Positions 48,176 through 58,029 are shown, counted from the stretch's first letter. The stretch is DNA of 64,000 bases from Candidatus Zixiibacteriota bacterium (GCA_043819555.1 JBDREQ010000009.1:1-64000); one strand, 5' to 3'. Notes: generated by a model not told the origin, from the sequence alone. Made by a program: numbers and translations.

Positions 48176-48916
48176 TTACCCCATATACATGGAGAAAGTG
48201 GATGTTTTTTGGGAGAAAAATAATGAAGAATCGGCTGAGTCTTTTTTCGGCGGATTTAAAATCGACGATTTAATGCTGTCGGTTTTAGGCAATTCGATTA
48301 TTCCAGGCGGGATTTCAATAGAACGCTTAATGTTGACACTACTCCCGCTTTCGTAATAAATGGTTGTATCGGATTTCACAGAAGGTTCCGGTATTAAGCC
48401 TTCATTTAATAACACCGGCTCAATACCATTTGTAGAAAAACAAGGTGGATATACGTTTTCCGCCAAATTTTCAGGATTACAATGTGATGCTACGACTCCA
48501 TGAATTTCCGTTTGGAAATCTTCTTTTAACATTACGCGAATAGTAAATACATTTTCAATATTCGGTTCCAGTTTTCCTTTCCAGATTTGCTGAGACAAAA
48601 ATTCTATATTACTATCAGGTATTATGTATGCAATATCAATTTGGGCATCGGTCATTTCCTTAATTAACAATGAGGCCGAATCTCCCTCCAACACTCTCTT
48701 ATTTAGGATCTCTTGCTGTTCCTGAAGAATTCTGTAACTATGTCCATCAGGAATCAGCGTAAATGTCATAACAATATTAAACTCGGCCCCGTTTTTGTAA
48801 TCGCCGTCAATGCTGATTCCGCCTTCAATGTGCAATTTGGGGTGGCTTGGGCTCGATGCTGAACAAACGCCTGCCAGCATCATGATTGACAGAATTATCA
48901 GAAAAATATTCCTCAT
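48176..48916 (-). CDS. Signal-peptide-bearing N-terminal portion (246 aa) of the presumed same secreted peptidase gene
   Basis: MRNIFLIILSIMMLAGVCSAS signal peptide. It ends at TAA 48176-48178, while the downstream frame is open from 48269. The overlap spans 48176..48272 and contains T6/A5 runs. Confidence 0.6.
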   Translation of the reverse strand: MRNIFLIILSIMMLAGVCSASSPSHPKLHIEGGISIDGDYKNGAEFNIVMTFTLIPDGHSYRILQEQQEILNKRVLEGDSASLLIKEMTDAQIDIAYIIPDSNIEFLSQQIWKGKLEPNIENVFTIRVMLKEDFQTEIHGVVASHCNPENLAENVYPPCFSTNGIEPVLLNEGLIPEPSVKSDTTIYYESGSSVNIKRSIEIPPGIIELPKTDSIKSSILNPPKKDSADSSLFFSQKTSTFSMYMG

Positions 48917-49124
48917 ATAAAACCTCCCTATTTTTACATACAGTCGTTTATAGATACCGTCTAATTATCTTATACACTTTACTTGCCAGGGATTACTGAA
49001 TATTTCCCCATATTTTCCTTTTAAGAAGTTATTTAAATATAACTATAATTTAGATAATTGTCATTATGTTTTAAGGAATTTATATACACTTTTAGTAACG
49101 GCGTCAAATATCCGCACCAATCGC

Positions 49125-49153
49125 TTGACTCGATTGGTTTTTCATAGTACAAT
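49125..49153 (+). promoter_or_regulatory. Candidate sigma70-type promoter (TTGACT-N17-TACAAT) for pepF
   Basis: Near-consensus hexamers read directly from the sequence, 35 nt upstream of the pepF ATG. The -35 overlaps a hairpin (ACCAATCG-CTTGACT-CGATTGGT). Confidence 0.4.
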
Positions 49154-49187
49154 CAGAAATTACTCAATCAAAAATCAGGGAGCGTAA

Positions 49188-50993
49188 ATGGGCACCAATG
49201 TAAATAAAATGCGCTGGGATTTGGAATCGATTTTCCCGGGCGGGTCAGAGTCAAAAGAATATGCCGAGTTTCGCAAAAAAATGGCCGGGATGCTCAAAGA
49301 AATTGAACAGGAATTTGAAACTTTGCCGAAAACGCTGGACAATTCTAATCTGGGCGATTGGGCAGAATTTTTGAATAAAATATCCGATACCGCCGAACAT
49401 CTTCATCAGGCGTATGGTTTTGCCGGACTTCTGATGGCGCAGGATGTCAAGGACGAGAAGGCCGTCATAATCGATGGCGAGAACATGGAGAATTTTTCCA
49501 AACTGGAAAAATTATTTGCTGATATCGAGGATTTTTCAAGGAACGCCACGGATGAATTTTGGGGAAAGCTTGTTAATCAGCCACCACTGGTTAAAACACA
49601 ATTTTTCTGGAATGAACTGCGCGATAAAGCCCGGATGAAAATGGAGCCCAAACTGGAAAAGCTGGCGATTGAGCTTGCCGTCAACGGGTATCATGCCTGG
49701 AATCGGTTATATGCCAGGATAGCCGGTGATTTGAAAACCGAGTTTACTGAAGATGGCGAGACGAAAACGCTTTCAATGGGGCAGTTAGCGACTAAATTCG
49801 CGTCCCCTGATAGGGCGATTCGAAAGCAGGCGTTTGAGAAACTGGAAGAATCATGGAAGACGGTCGATTCGATGTCGGCCATGACGCTCAATTTTCAAGC
49901 CGGTTATCGTCTGAGCCTTTACAAAAATCGCGGATGGGAATCGGCGCTGGTCGAGCCGCTAATGAACGGTCGATTAAAGCGCGAAACTCTGGACGCCATG
50001 TGGGACGCGGTATCGGGAGGCATTGGTAAAATTTCTGAATATATTGACACCAAGAAAAAGCTATTGGGGATTAAGAATTTCAGATGGTACGACCAAACCG
50101 CACCTATCGGCGAAACGGAAAAGAAAATTGAATACGATGAGGCATGTGATTTTGTCGTGGAGCATTTGACTTCGTTTTCGACCGAGATGGGAAAATTCGC
50201 TCGGCGGGTTATCGATGAACGATGGATTGAGGCTGAAGATCGATCGGGTAAGGCGGCCGGAGGTTTCTGCTCGGGAGTACCGCTCAAGAGACAATCTCGG
50301 ATTTTTATGACTTTTTCTGGCAATTACGAGGAGATAATGACTCTGGCTCACGAAATCGGCCACGCTTATCACGGTTTTGTATTATACGAACAGCCATATT
50401 TCGCGCGAAATTACCCATATAATCTCGCCGAAACGGCCTCGACTTTCAATGAACTGCTGGTGACCGACGCCGCTCTGAGTAATGCGGAAATCGAAAGGGA
50501 ACGGCTGGTCATGCTCGACCATAAAATTCAGGAAGGCTTGATCCTGTTTTGTAATTTGCACGCGCGCTATATCTTCGACTGTAGTTTTTATAAAGAGCGG
50601 GAAAAAGGAACTGTTGCCAAGGGACGGTTAAATGAGTTGATGGTCGAAGCTCAGAAGCAGGCCTATGGGGGCATTCTTGCTGATGATGGTTATCATCCGT
50701 TGTTCTGGGCGTCGAAGCTTCATTTCTTTGAGACGGAAGTTCCATTTTATAATTTCCCATACACATATGGTTATTTATTCTCAGGTGGCATATATGATCT
50801 GGCCAAAAAAGAGGGCGCCGGATTCGTTCAAAAATACCGATCACTGCTGGCTGATACCGGATCAATGACATCCGAGGATATCGCTCAAAAACATCTCGGG
50901 GTTGATTTGACCAAAGTTGATTTTTGGAAAGAAGCGGTCAATCGGGTTTTGGCTGACGTGGGACCATATATCGAGCTGGCAAGTAAAGGATAA
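49188..50993 (+). CDS. pepF: Oligoendopeptidase F (M3B family)
   Basis: HEIGHAYH zinc-binding HExxH with downstream E. Size (~600 aa) and overall pattern match PepF. Confidence 0.9.
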   Translation: MGTNVNKMRWDLESIFPGGSESKEYAEFRKKMAGMLKEIEQEFETLPKTLDNSNLGDWAEFLNKISDTAEHLHQAYGFAGLLMAQDVKDEKAVIIDGENMENFSKLEKLFADIEDFSRNATDEFWGKLVNQPPLVKTQFFWNELRDKARMKMEPKLEKLAIELAVNGYHAWNRLYARIAGDLKTEFTEDGETKTLSMGQLATKFASPDRAIRKQAFEKLEESWKTVDSMSAMTLNFQAGYRLSLYKNRGWESALVEPLMNGRLKRETLDAMWDAVSGGIGKISEYIDTKKKLLGIKNFRWYDQTAPIGETEKKIEYDEACDFVVEHLTSFSTEMGKFARRVIDERWIEAEDRSGKAAGGFCSGVPLKRQSRIFMTFSGNYEEIMTLAHEIGHAYHGFVLYEQPYFARNYPYNLAETASTFNELLVTDAALSNAEIERERLVMLDHKIQEGLILFCNLHARYIFDCSFYKEREKGTVAKGRLNELMVEAQKQAYGGILADDGYHPLFWASKLHFFETEVPFYNFPYTYGYLFSGGIYDLAKKEGAGFVQKYRSLLADTGSMTSEDIAQKHLGVDLTKVDFWKEAVNRVLADVGPYIELASKG

Positions 50994-51095
50994 GATGTTA
51001 TAGAGATTCAGGCCTGACGGGAATCAATACGATACAAAAACGTCTTGACGATTGTAATAAGTAGCGATATATTGGCAAACCAAATATAAGATTTA

Positions 51096-51707
51096 TTGAT
51101 AGGATCAAGATTGCATCATAGCCGGAGACAATATTACGAAGAGACCTCCACTCATTTAGGCGTTTATTGCCGCAAAGTCGGCCTGACCCCGAATATTCTG
51201 ACTGCCTTGTCATTTCTGTGCGCGATCGCGTCCGGATATTTTTTCTGGAAGAGTGAGATATGGTATGGTGTTATTTTTGTACTTTTAACTTCGCTTATGG
51301 ATATGCTTGACGGCGCCACCGCCCGGGCGGGAAATATGGGGACGACTTTTGGAGGAATTCTTGATCATGTTTCTGATCGCTATGGCGAGTTTTTTATTCT
51401 CCTGGGCATTGCCATATCGGGGATGGCTAATCCGGGATGGGCGATTTTTGCCTTATTTGGAATGCTTATCGCGTCATATACCAGGGCCGCGGCCGAATCA
51501 ATCGGGAATTTGCCAAGCGTTGCAGTGGGAATGATGGGACGGCTGGAAAAATTTATATTAATTATGGCCGGGGCGCTTCTTGAAAAATATTTCCCGGGCT
51601 ATCATATTTTAGCCATCTTTTTGATTATAATCGGAGTCACTTCCGTAATTACATCCGTTCAACGACTTCTATTTGCCAAAAAGGAATTGGAAAGACGATC
51701 CGCATAA
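51096..51707 (+). CDS. CDP-alcohol phosphatidyltransferase-family membrane protein
   Basis: D-x2-D-G-x2-A-R-x8-G-x3-D-x3-D signature in DMLDGATARAGNMGTTFGGILDHVSDRYGE. Multiple TM helices. Confidence 0.75.
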   Translation: MIGSRLHHSRRQYYEETSTHLGVYCRKVGLTPNILTALSFLCAIASGYFFWKSEIWYGVIFVLLTSLMDMLDGATARAGNMGTTFGGILDHVSDRYGEFFILLGIAISGMANPGWAIFALFGMLIASYTRAAAESIGNLPSVAVGMMGRLEKFILIMAGALLEKYFPGYHILAIFLIIIGVTSVITSVQRLLFAKKELERRSA

Positions 51708-51708
51708 A

Positions 51709-52635
51709 ATGATTTTGGCTGTTGGCAATCCGGTTTACGATTACATCGAAACCAAAAAAATCAAAACGGAAGGCCGCATACTTTCGGGATGTTCGACTAA
51801 TGCCGCCCTGGCATTATCAAAACTGGGACAAAAAGTGACCTTAATCGGTTCCGTTGGCGATGACTTTTCCGATAGTTTTAAATCTGAAATTGAGAAACAT
51901 GGAATAACCGCCTCGGTACACCCCTCATGTGAAACGGGCGGATTTTCGCTGATTTACTATGATGATTTCGGAAATCGGCATCTTGATCTGCTGGGTCGGG
52001 CCGACCCCATTAAAACAGTGCATGATAAATTTCTGGCAAATGCCGATGCCGTACTTATAGGACCAATATTGAAGGAAGTATCTTTCGAATTGATTCGCGA
52101 TATTCGCCATCGTTATTCAGGTTTGCTTTTTTGCGATCCTCAGGGACTGCTGCGAGGCGCGGGTGAGAATGATCGCATATATCATGAAAAACCGGATGGC
52201 ATCGAAAAAATTCTGGGTTTATTCGATATCGTCAAGCCAAATGAGCTGGAAGGAAAAGTACTAACCGGCCTTGATTGCCGCAAAGAACCATTTGAAGTTG
52301 CCCGTATAATTAAAGATTGGGGAGCGAAAATAGTTATAGTCACATTGGCAGAATTAGGCTCAGTTATTTACGATGGCAATGAATTTATTGAAATCCCTCC
52401 CTATCCGGTTGATTTATTGGATTCCACCGGAGCGGGCGACACTTATATGGCCGGATTTACTTATTCGTATTTAAAAGGGGAATCATTGGGGGAATGCGGC
52501 GCTTTCGCTTCCTGCGTAAGTTCAATAATGATCGAGCAGGTCGGGCCGGATTTCATGCTAAATGAATCGGAAGTTCGCCGGAGACAGAATACGTTATTGA
52601 AAAACAAGGATTTTAAGATACGATTGACGCAATAA
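51709..52635 (+). CDS. PfkB-family carbohydrate/inositol kinase
   Basis: C-terminal DSTGAGDTYMAGFTYSYLKG PfkB signature. Its ATG overlaps the end of the preceding CDP-alcohol transferase gene. Confidence 0.75.
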   Translation: MILAVGNPVYDYIETKKIKTEGRILSGCSTNAALALSKLGQKVTLIGSVGDDFSDSFKSEIEKHGITASVHPSCETGGFSLIYYDDFGNRHLDLLGRADPIKTVHDKFLANADAVLIGPILKEVSFELIRDIRHRYSGLLFCDPQGLLRGAGENDRIYHEKPDGIEKILGLFDIVKPNELEGKVLTGLDCRKEPFEVARIIKDWGAKIVIVTLAELGSVIYDGNEFIEIPPYPVDLLDSTGAGDTYMAGFTYSYLKGESLGECGAFASCVSSIMIEQVGPDFMLNESEVRRRQNTLLKNKDFKIRLTQ

Positions 52636-52708
52636 GAAATATTTGCCCGACTCCTGCGCCTGGGGTCGGTTACTTAATTATAACCTTTAAGATAAGGAGC
52701 ATCTTTCA

Positions 52709-53287
52709 ATGAAAATTATGATACAAATTGACGGCGCTTATTTGGAGAGAATGCTGTCAGAAGAGCATAGTTCACCAGCTATTGATTATTCAAAACTGGC
52801 TACAAAACTGGTTAATACTGTGATTACCGATTCCGAAGCGGATCTCTATTTATTACGGACTTATTATTACCATGCTTTGCCGTGGATAGGCAAATCACCT
52901 CAGGATCAGGAAGCTGAAATGCATAAGAAGAAGATGGGGTTTTTTACGCGGCTGGAACACCTTCCCCGCTTTGACGTCTATCTTGGGAGAACTCAGCGAA
53001 TATTGAACGATGATGGAACATATACGTTTCAACAAAAAGGAATTGATGTTTTAATGGCCACTCATATGATGGAAATGGCCGCTCGCGGAATCATCTCTCA
53101 TTTAATTCTCCTCGCTCCAGACGGCGATTATGTTCCTGCCATTCGGGCCGTTAAAACAATGGGAGTGGTAACACATCTGGCTCACGGCCAGAGACCGCAG
53201 GCTTCATCTGAACTTATAAAAACTGTCGATGAGCGAATTGAATTGACTACCGATTTTTTAGTCGATTGTATGCGCAACGTTTATTGA
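52709..53287 (+). CDS. NYN/LabA-like (PIN-related) domain protein
   Basis: MIQIDGAYL… and …ILLAPDGDYVPAIRAVKTMGVVTHLA… match the NYN-domain acidic-residue pattern. Confidence 0.6.
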   Translation: MKIMIQIDGAYLERMLSEEHSSPAIDYSKLATKLVNTVITDSEADLYLLRTYYYHALPWIGKSPQDQEAEMHKKKMGFFTRLEHLPRFDVYLGRTQRILNDDGTYTFQQKGIDVLMATHMMEMAARGIISHLILLAPDGDYVPAIRAVKTMGVVTHLAHGQRPQASSELIKTVDERIELTTDFLVDCMRNVY

Positions 53288-53306
53288 CGGAGGAGGTAAT
53301 AAAGCA

Positions 53307-53822
53307 ATGAAAACACTATCTTTAATCGGTGGAGCCGCAATATTGCTGCTTCTTTTAACAACGGGGTGTTCTATGAATCAGACAGCAAAAGACGGCGATA
53401 CGGTAAAAGTTCATTATGTTGGAACTCTTGACGATGGCAGCGAATTCGATTCCTCTCGCGGGCGCGAACCTCTTGAGTTTACTATCGGAAGACCGGGAAT
53501 TATTGAGGGGTTTTCAAATGGTGTTTTGGGAATGGCCGTTGGCGAAACGAAGAAAGTATCATTATCTCCGGAAGAAGCTTATGGGCAGCCACGACCGGAT
53601 ATGATTCAGGAAGTTCCGCTATCGTCATTTCCAGAGAGTATTAAGCCCGAAGTAGGCGTGCAACTGTCCATGCAAAACAGCTCCGGCCAGCCTTTTCCGG
53701 TTAAGATTACGGCGATGACAGATTCCACGGCAACACTTGATGCCAATCACCCTCTGGCAGGGAAAACTTTGACATTTGAGCTGGAATTGGTTGAAATCGT
53801 CGCAGATACAACTGGAGCATAA
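53307..53822 (+). CDS. FKBP-type peptidyl-prolyl cis-trans isomerase (lipoprotein)
   Basis: Lipobox LTTGC. The FKBP core reads GDTVKVHYVGTLDDGSEFDSS…GRPGIIEGFSNGVLGMAVGETKKVSLSPEEAYG. Confidence 0.85.
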   Translation: MKTLSLIGGAAILLLLLTTGCSMNQTAKDGDTVKVHYVGTLDDGSEFDSSRGREPLEFTIGRPGIIEGFSNGVLGMAVGETKKVSLSPEEAYGQPRPDMIQEVPLSSFPESIKPEVGVQLSMQNSSGQPFPVKITAMTDSTATLDANHPLAGKTLTFELELVEIVADTTGA

Positions 53823-53836
53823 AATATAATTCAACG

Positions 53837-53868
53837 GGCGGAGCGTAAAAAAACAATCCGCCTTTTTT
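53837..53868 (+). terminator. Rho-independent terminator
   Basis: GGCGGA-N14-TCCGCC followed by T6. Confidence 0.55.
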
Positions 53869-53966
53869 ATATCCTATCATTGCCATGCGCACTCTTGACG
53901 ACGGCGCAAAAAGTACCTATACTCAGCAAAATCAGTTTTAATTGCAAAATAATTCTGGAGGATAAA

Positions 53967-55592
53967 ATGGGTATTTACAAAATTCCGACGCCGAAGAATG
54001 AGCCGGTTAAATCTTATGCCCCCGGAACACCGGAGCGGGCGGATTTGAAAAAAGCCCTGGCCGATCTGAAAGCTCGCAAACTGGAAGTCCCGATGATTAT
54101 CGGCGGCAAAGAAATCAAAACCAGCAAAACGGTTAAAATGGTTTGCCCTCATAATCATGGATTTGAGTTGGGCCATTATTATAGGGGCGGAGCCAAGGAG
54201 ATTCAAATGGCTATCGATTCCGCTCTGTCGGCAAAACAGGATTGGGAGCAGATGCCTCTTGAACAACGCGCCGCGATTTTCCTGAAAGCCGCCGATCTTT
54301 TGGCCGGACCTTATCGGGCAATGGTCAATGCCGCCACGATGCTGGCACATAGCAAAAATATTTACCAGGCCGAAATTGATGCCGTTTGTGAACTGGCCGA
54401 TTTTTTCCGCTTTAACGCCTATTACATGCAGGAAATTTATAAAATGCAGCCCGGGTCGGCCAATACGATCTGGAACTATATTGATTACCGCCCCTTGGAA
54501 GGATTCGTCTTTGCCGTAACCCCGTTTAATTTTGTTTCTATTGCCGGCAATTTGCCCACGGCGCCAGCCATTATGGGCAACGTCTGCCTCTGGAAACCGG
54601 CGTCGAGCGTTGTTTATACCGCTCACTTTATCATGAAAATACTGAAAGAAGCCGGGCTGCCCGATGGCGTCATTAATTTGATAACTGCCCGCGGCGCGGA
54701 TGTCGGTGAAATAATGTTGAAGAATGAACATCTCGCCGGAATTCACTTTACCGGCTCGACTGCGGTCTTTCAAAGCATGTGGAAAACGGTTGGTGAGAAT
54801 ATCGATTCCTACAGGAGTTATCCGAGAATAGTCGGCGAAACGGGCGGGAAGGATTTTGTTTTTGTCCATAATTCATCTTCACCGATAGAGGTTGCGACGG
54901 CGCTTTTGCGGGGAGCTTTTGAATATCAAGGACAAAAATGCTCGGCGGCATCCCGTTCGTATATACCCGCCTCATTATGGGATGATATCAAGAATTTGCT
55001 CCTCAAACAGGTTGGCGAATTGAAAATGGGCGATCCGGAAGATTTTACAAACTTTGTTAACGCCGTCATTGACAAGAGCGCGTTTGATGATATCACCTCT
55101 TTTATCGATTATGCCAAAGACTCAAAAGACTGCGAAATTATCATAGGTGGCAAGTATGACGATTCTAAGGGGTATTTTATTGAGCCGACAATTGTCGTCA
55201 CAACTGACCCTCATTTCAAATTAATGGAAGAAGAAATATTTGGTCCGGTTTTGACCATTTTCGTTTATCAGGATAATGATTTTGAAAAGACGCTTCATCT
55301 ATGCAATACAACGTCACCATACGCATTAACCGGAGCAATCTTCGCGCGTGATCGTTCCGCTGTGGTCACGGCTAACAGGGTTTTGCGACATGCCGCCGGT
55401 AACTATTATATCAATGACAAACCGACCGGAGCAGTCGTGGGTCAGCAGCCGTTTGGCGGCGCGCGGGCTTCAGGTACTAATGATAAGGCAGGCTCGATTC
55501 TAAATATGATTCGATGGACTTCGCCGCGGACAATTAAGGAAGCGCTTGTTCCTCCGACTGATTATCGATATCCCTTTATGGAAGCTGATTGA
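53967..55592 (+). CDS. L-glutamate gamma-semialdehyde (1-pyrroline-5-carboxylate) dehydrogenase, aldehyde dehydrogenase superfamily
   Basis: MGIYKIPTPKNEPVKSYAPGTPER… N-terminus typical of RocA/PruA-type P5CDH. Catalytic region …EYQGQKCSAASR… (Cys) and the FTGST motif are present. Confidence 0.9.
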   Translation: MGIYKIPTPKNEPVKSYAPGTPERADLKKALADLKARKLEVPMIIGGKEIKTSKTVKMVCPHNHGFELGHYYRGGAKEIQMAIDSALSAKQDWEQMPLEQRAAIFLKAADLLAGPYRAMVNAATMLAHSKNIYQAEIDAVCELADFFRFNAYYMQEIYKMQPGSANTIWNYIDYRPLEGFVFAVTPFNFVSIAGNLPTAPAIMGNVCLWKPASSVVYTAHFIMKILKEAGLPDGVINLITARGADVGEIMLKNEHLAGIHFTGSTAVFQSMWKTVGENIDSYRSYPRIVGETGGKDFVFVHNSSSPIEVATALLRGAFEYQGQKCSAASRSYIPASLWDDIKNLLLKQVGELKMGDPEDFTNFVNAVIDKSAFDDITSFIDYAKDSKDCEIIIGGKYDDSKGYFIEPTIVVTTDPHFKLMEEEIFGPVLTIFVYQDNDFEKTLHLCNTTSPYALTGAIFARDRSAVVTANRVLRHAAGNYYINDKPTGAVVGQQPFGGARASGTNDKAGSILNMIRWTSPRTIKEALVPPTDYRYPFMEAD

Positions 55593-55863
55593 AAATACTT
55601 ATTTTGGCCAAAACCCGGATTTAGAAATTTATCCGGGTTTATTGGGCTTTGGCCTCATCGAAATATGGATAAAATCACCCCTTACAATAATCAAACACTC
55701 TATGAAAAAAATGATTTAAGTTGCATTTTTTTATTGCGCATTGTTTAAAAAAAAACGCTTATTCAAGTATGGAGGACACGGTTTCACGAGTTGTACGATT
55801 ATGGAGCGAATGAAAATTGATATAAAACCTAACCAATAAAGGAATGTTAAAAGGAGTGTTCAC

Positions 55864-56307
55864 ATGCCAGTTAAAAAATCAACAAAGAAGCCGGCGGCCA
55901 AAAAGCCCGCCAAGAAAACCGTCAAGAAAACTGCACCAAAGAAGAAAACCGCTAAGAAACCTGCCGCCAAGAAAACAGTAGCCAAGAAGAAACCGGCGGC
56001 AAAAAAGAAAGCCGCACCTAAGAAAAAAGCGGCTCCAAAGAAAAAAGCCACCAAGCGTAAACCAAACGCGGCTTTTATGAAACCAGTGACGCCGTCGGCC
56101 GCGTTGGCTGAGGTTGTGGGGAGCAAAGCAATTCCTCGCACCGAAGTCACCAAGAAACTTTGGGCTTATATCAAAAAGAATAATCTTCAGGATCCGAAAA
56201 ACAAACGGGATATCATTGCCGATGCCAAGCTGAAAGGTGTCTTTGGAGGTAAAAGCAAAGTCAATATGTTTGAGATGACCAAACTGGTCAGTAAGCATCT
56301 CAAATAA
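55864..56307 (+). CDS. Histone-H1-like K/A/P-rich tail fused to a SWIB/MDM2 domain
   Basis: The N-terminal ~85 aa are AKKPAKK/KKTAAKK repeats. The C-terminal PSAALAEVVGSKAIPRTEVTKKLWAYIKKNNLQDPKNKRDIIADAKLKGVFG…MFEMTKLVSKHL matches SWIB/MDM2 (PF02201) spacing. Confidence 0.8.
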   Translation: MPVKKSTKKPAAKKPAKKTVKKTAPKKKTAKKPAAKKTVAKKKPAAKKKAAPKKKAAPKKKATKRKPNAAFMKPVTPSAALAEVVGSKAIPRTEVTKKLWAYIKKNNLQDPKNKRDIIADAKLKGVFGGKSKVNMFEMTKLVSKHLK

Positions 56308-56343
56308 AGAATATTCTCTCTAATTGACAACCGGGACATAGTA

Positions 56344-56383
56344 GCGGACGGCTGATATGGAATGTCAGCCGTCCGTTTTTTTT
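56344..56383 (+). terminator. Rho-independent terminator
   Basis: CGGACGGCTGA-N9-TCAGCCGTCCG followed by T8. Confidence 0.6.
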
Positions 56384-56391
56384 AGTTGTAT

Positions 56392-57780
56392 TTACCTGTA
56401 TGGTTTATGTTCGCGGGAATAATATTCTTTGGTCATCCTGGCCGTTACACCGGAGAGTGCGATCAGGGCAATTAAATTGGGAATCGCCATAACACCCAGG
56501 GCAACATCACCGAAAGTCCAGATTTCTTCGAGACCGCTAACGGCCCCTACGAAGATCATTATGCAATAAAGGTAGCGATATGGCATGACCACTTTATCGC
56601 CCAAAAGATACTGTATTGAACGGTCGCCATAATATGACCAGGAGATCATAGTAGATGAAGCAAACAGCAAAACCGCGGCGGTTACTACATAGCCTCCATA
56701 TCCCCCCATAAATGTCAATCCTTGTTCGAAGGCATAAGCGGTCATGGGCGACCCGTTAAGCGCTTCGCCGTTCACTACCATTGTCCAGGCATCGGTTACC
56801 AATATGCACAGGCCGGTGAGAGTGCAAATCGTAAGAGTATCGATATAAGGTCCCATCATGGCGACCGTACCTTCGCGAACCGGTTCATCGGTTTTTGCGG
56901 CGGCATGCGCGATTGGCGCTGAACCCTGACCGGCTTCGTTGGAAAACAAGCCTCGTTTGATACCCCAAACTAAGGTATACAAAAATGTTGAGCCGGCAAA
57001 TCCTCCGATTGCGCCGGGCGGAGAAAAGGCGCCTTCAATAATTTGGGTGAAGGCCCCGGGAATTTTATCAAGATGCAATAAAATGATAGCCATTGAGCCG
57101 ACAATATAAATCACTGTCATAGTCGGAGCGAGGACTGACGCAACGCGACCGATTCGCTTAATCCCGCCGATAATCACAGCGCCTACCAGTACGGCGATGA
57201 CTATACCAGTCAGCCACACCGGAATTCCAAAATCAGATTTAAATTGATCGGCCAACGTAAAAGCCTGGATCCCGTTTCCCGTTCCCAGCGCACAGACCGA
57301 TGCGGCTCCGGCAAAAATAATTGCCAGCCATTTCCAGCCAAGCGCCTGTTCGATATAATACATCGGTCCCCCGGATGCCGAGCCGTCAGGATTAATTTTG
57401 CGGTATTTCATCGACAATGTGCATTCAGCGTATTTTAGCGACGTTCCGAGAATTCCGGTCAACCACATCCAGAATAACGCGCCCGGTCCGCCATAGTGGA
57501 TGGCGGTTGCGACACCGGCAATATTTCCAATTCCAATGGTGGCCGATAAGGCCGCCGAGAGAGCCTGGAAATGAGATATATCTCCGGCGTGTTTGGGATC
57601 GTCGTATTTTCCCCGGGTGATATCGATGGCGTGTTTAATCTGGCGCAGCTGAATCCAGCCCATTCTAAATGAAATGAAAAATCCGGTGCCGAGGAGCAGG
57701 GCAATCATGGCCGGGAAGAATTTTGGGAAATCCCAGACATAAGAATAAAGGTCATTGAAAAATTCCCATAAAAAATTCAT
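56392..57780 (-). CDS. Alanine/glycine:cation (Na+) symporter (AGCS family)
   Basis: …SHFQALSAALSATIGIGNIAGVATAI…GGPGALFWMW… signature of the AGCS family. ~11 TM helices. Confidence 0.9.
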   Translation of the reverse strand: MNFLWEFFNDLYSYVWDFPKFFPAMIALLLGTGFFISFRMGWIQLRQIKHAIDITRGKYDDPKHAGDISHFQALSAALSATIGIGNIAGVATAIHYGGPGALFWMWLTGILGTSLKYAECTLSMKYRKINPDGSASGGPMYYIEQALGWKWLAIIFAGAASVCALGTGNGIQAFTLADQFKSDFGIPVWLTGIVIAVLVGAVIIGGIKRIGRVASVLAPTMTVIYIVGSMAIILLHLDKIPGAFTQIIEGAFSPPGAIGGFAGSTFLYTLVWGIKRGLFSNEAGQGSAPIAHAAAKTDEPVREGTVAMMGPYIDTLTICTLTGLCILVTDAWTMVVNGEALNGSPMTAYAFEQGLTFMGGYGGYVVTAAVLLFASSTMISWSYYGDRSIQYLLGDKVVMPYRYLYCIMIFVGAVSGLEEIWTFGDVALGVMAIPNLIALIALSGVTARMTKEYYSREHKPYR

Positions 57781-58005
57781 GCGCCCTCCAGAAATATAAA
57801 TATGCGATTATTTTTTTGCGGTTTTGTGTGGTTTGGAGATTTTAGCATTTCTCAAAGTACAAAATTGCCTACCGTCTGGGCAAGTGAAAATTGAATCGAT
57901 TTTGGAGGAGAATTTTCTTTTGTGGTTGGCAAGCGTTCTCGTTCGACAATAAAAATATTGTCATTGCGAGGAGCGAAGCGACGCGGCAATCTCTGGCTTG
58001 TTGTG

Positions 58006-58029
58006 CCGCGCAGGTGTCCACACCTGCGC
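58006..58029. repeat. REP-like palindromic element, copy 2 (perfect CGCGCAGGTGT-CC-ACACCTGCGCG)
   Basis: Perfect 11-bp inverted repeat with a 2-nt loop. It shares the TGTGCCG 5' flank with copy 1 at 28929-28956. Confidence 0.6.

Noticed and set aside
49117-49145. Hairpin ACCAATCG-CTTGACT-CGATTGGT followed by TTTTT as a plus-strand terminator
   Set aside because: No plus-strand gene lies upstream. The hairpin loop coincides with a near-consensus -35 box for pepF, so it was annotated as part of the promoter, possibly a regulatory hairpin.
55860-56298. Minus-strand ORFs (97 and 139 aa) overlapping the SWIB gene
   Set aside because: They are antisense to the lysine-codon-rich (AAG/AAA) repeat region and translate to low-complexity F/L/G strings. 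They are artefacts of the repeat.
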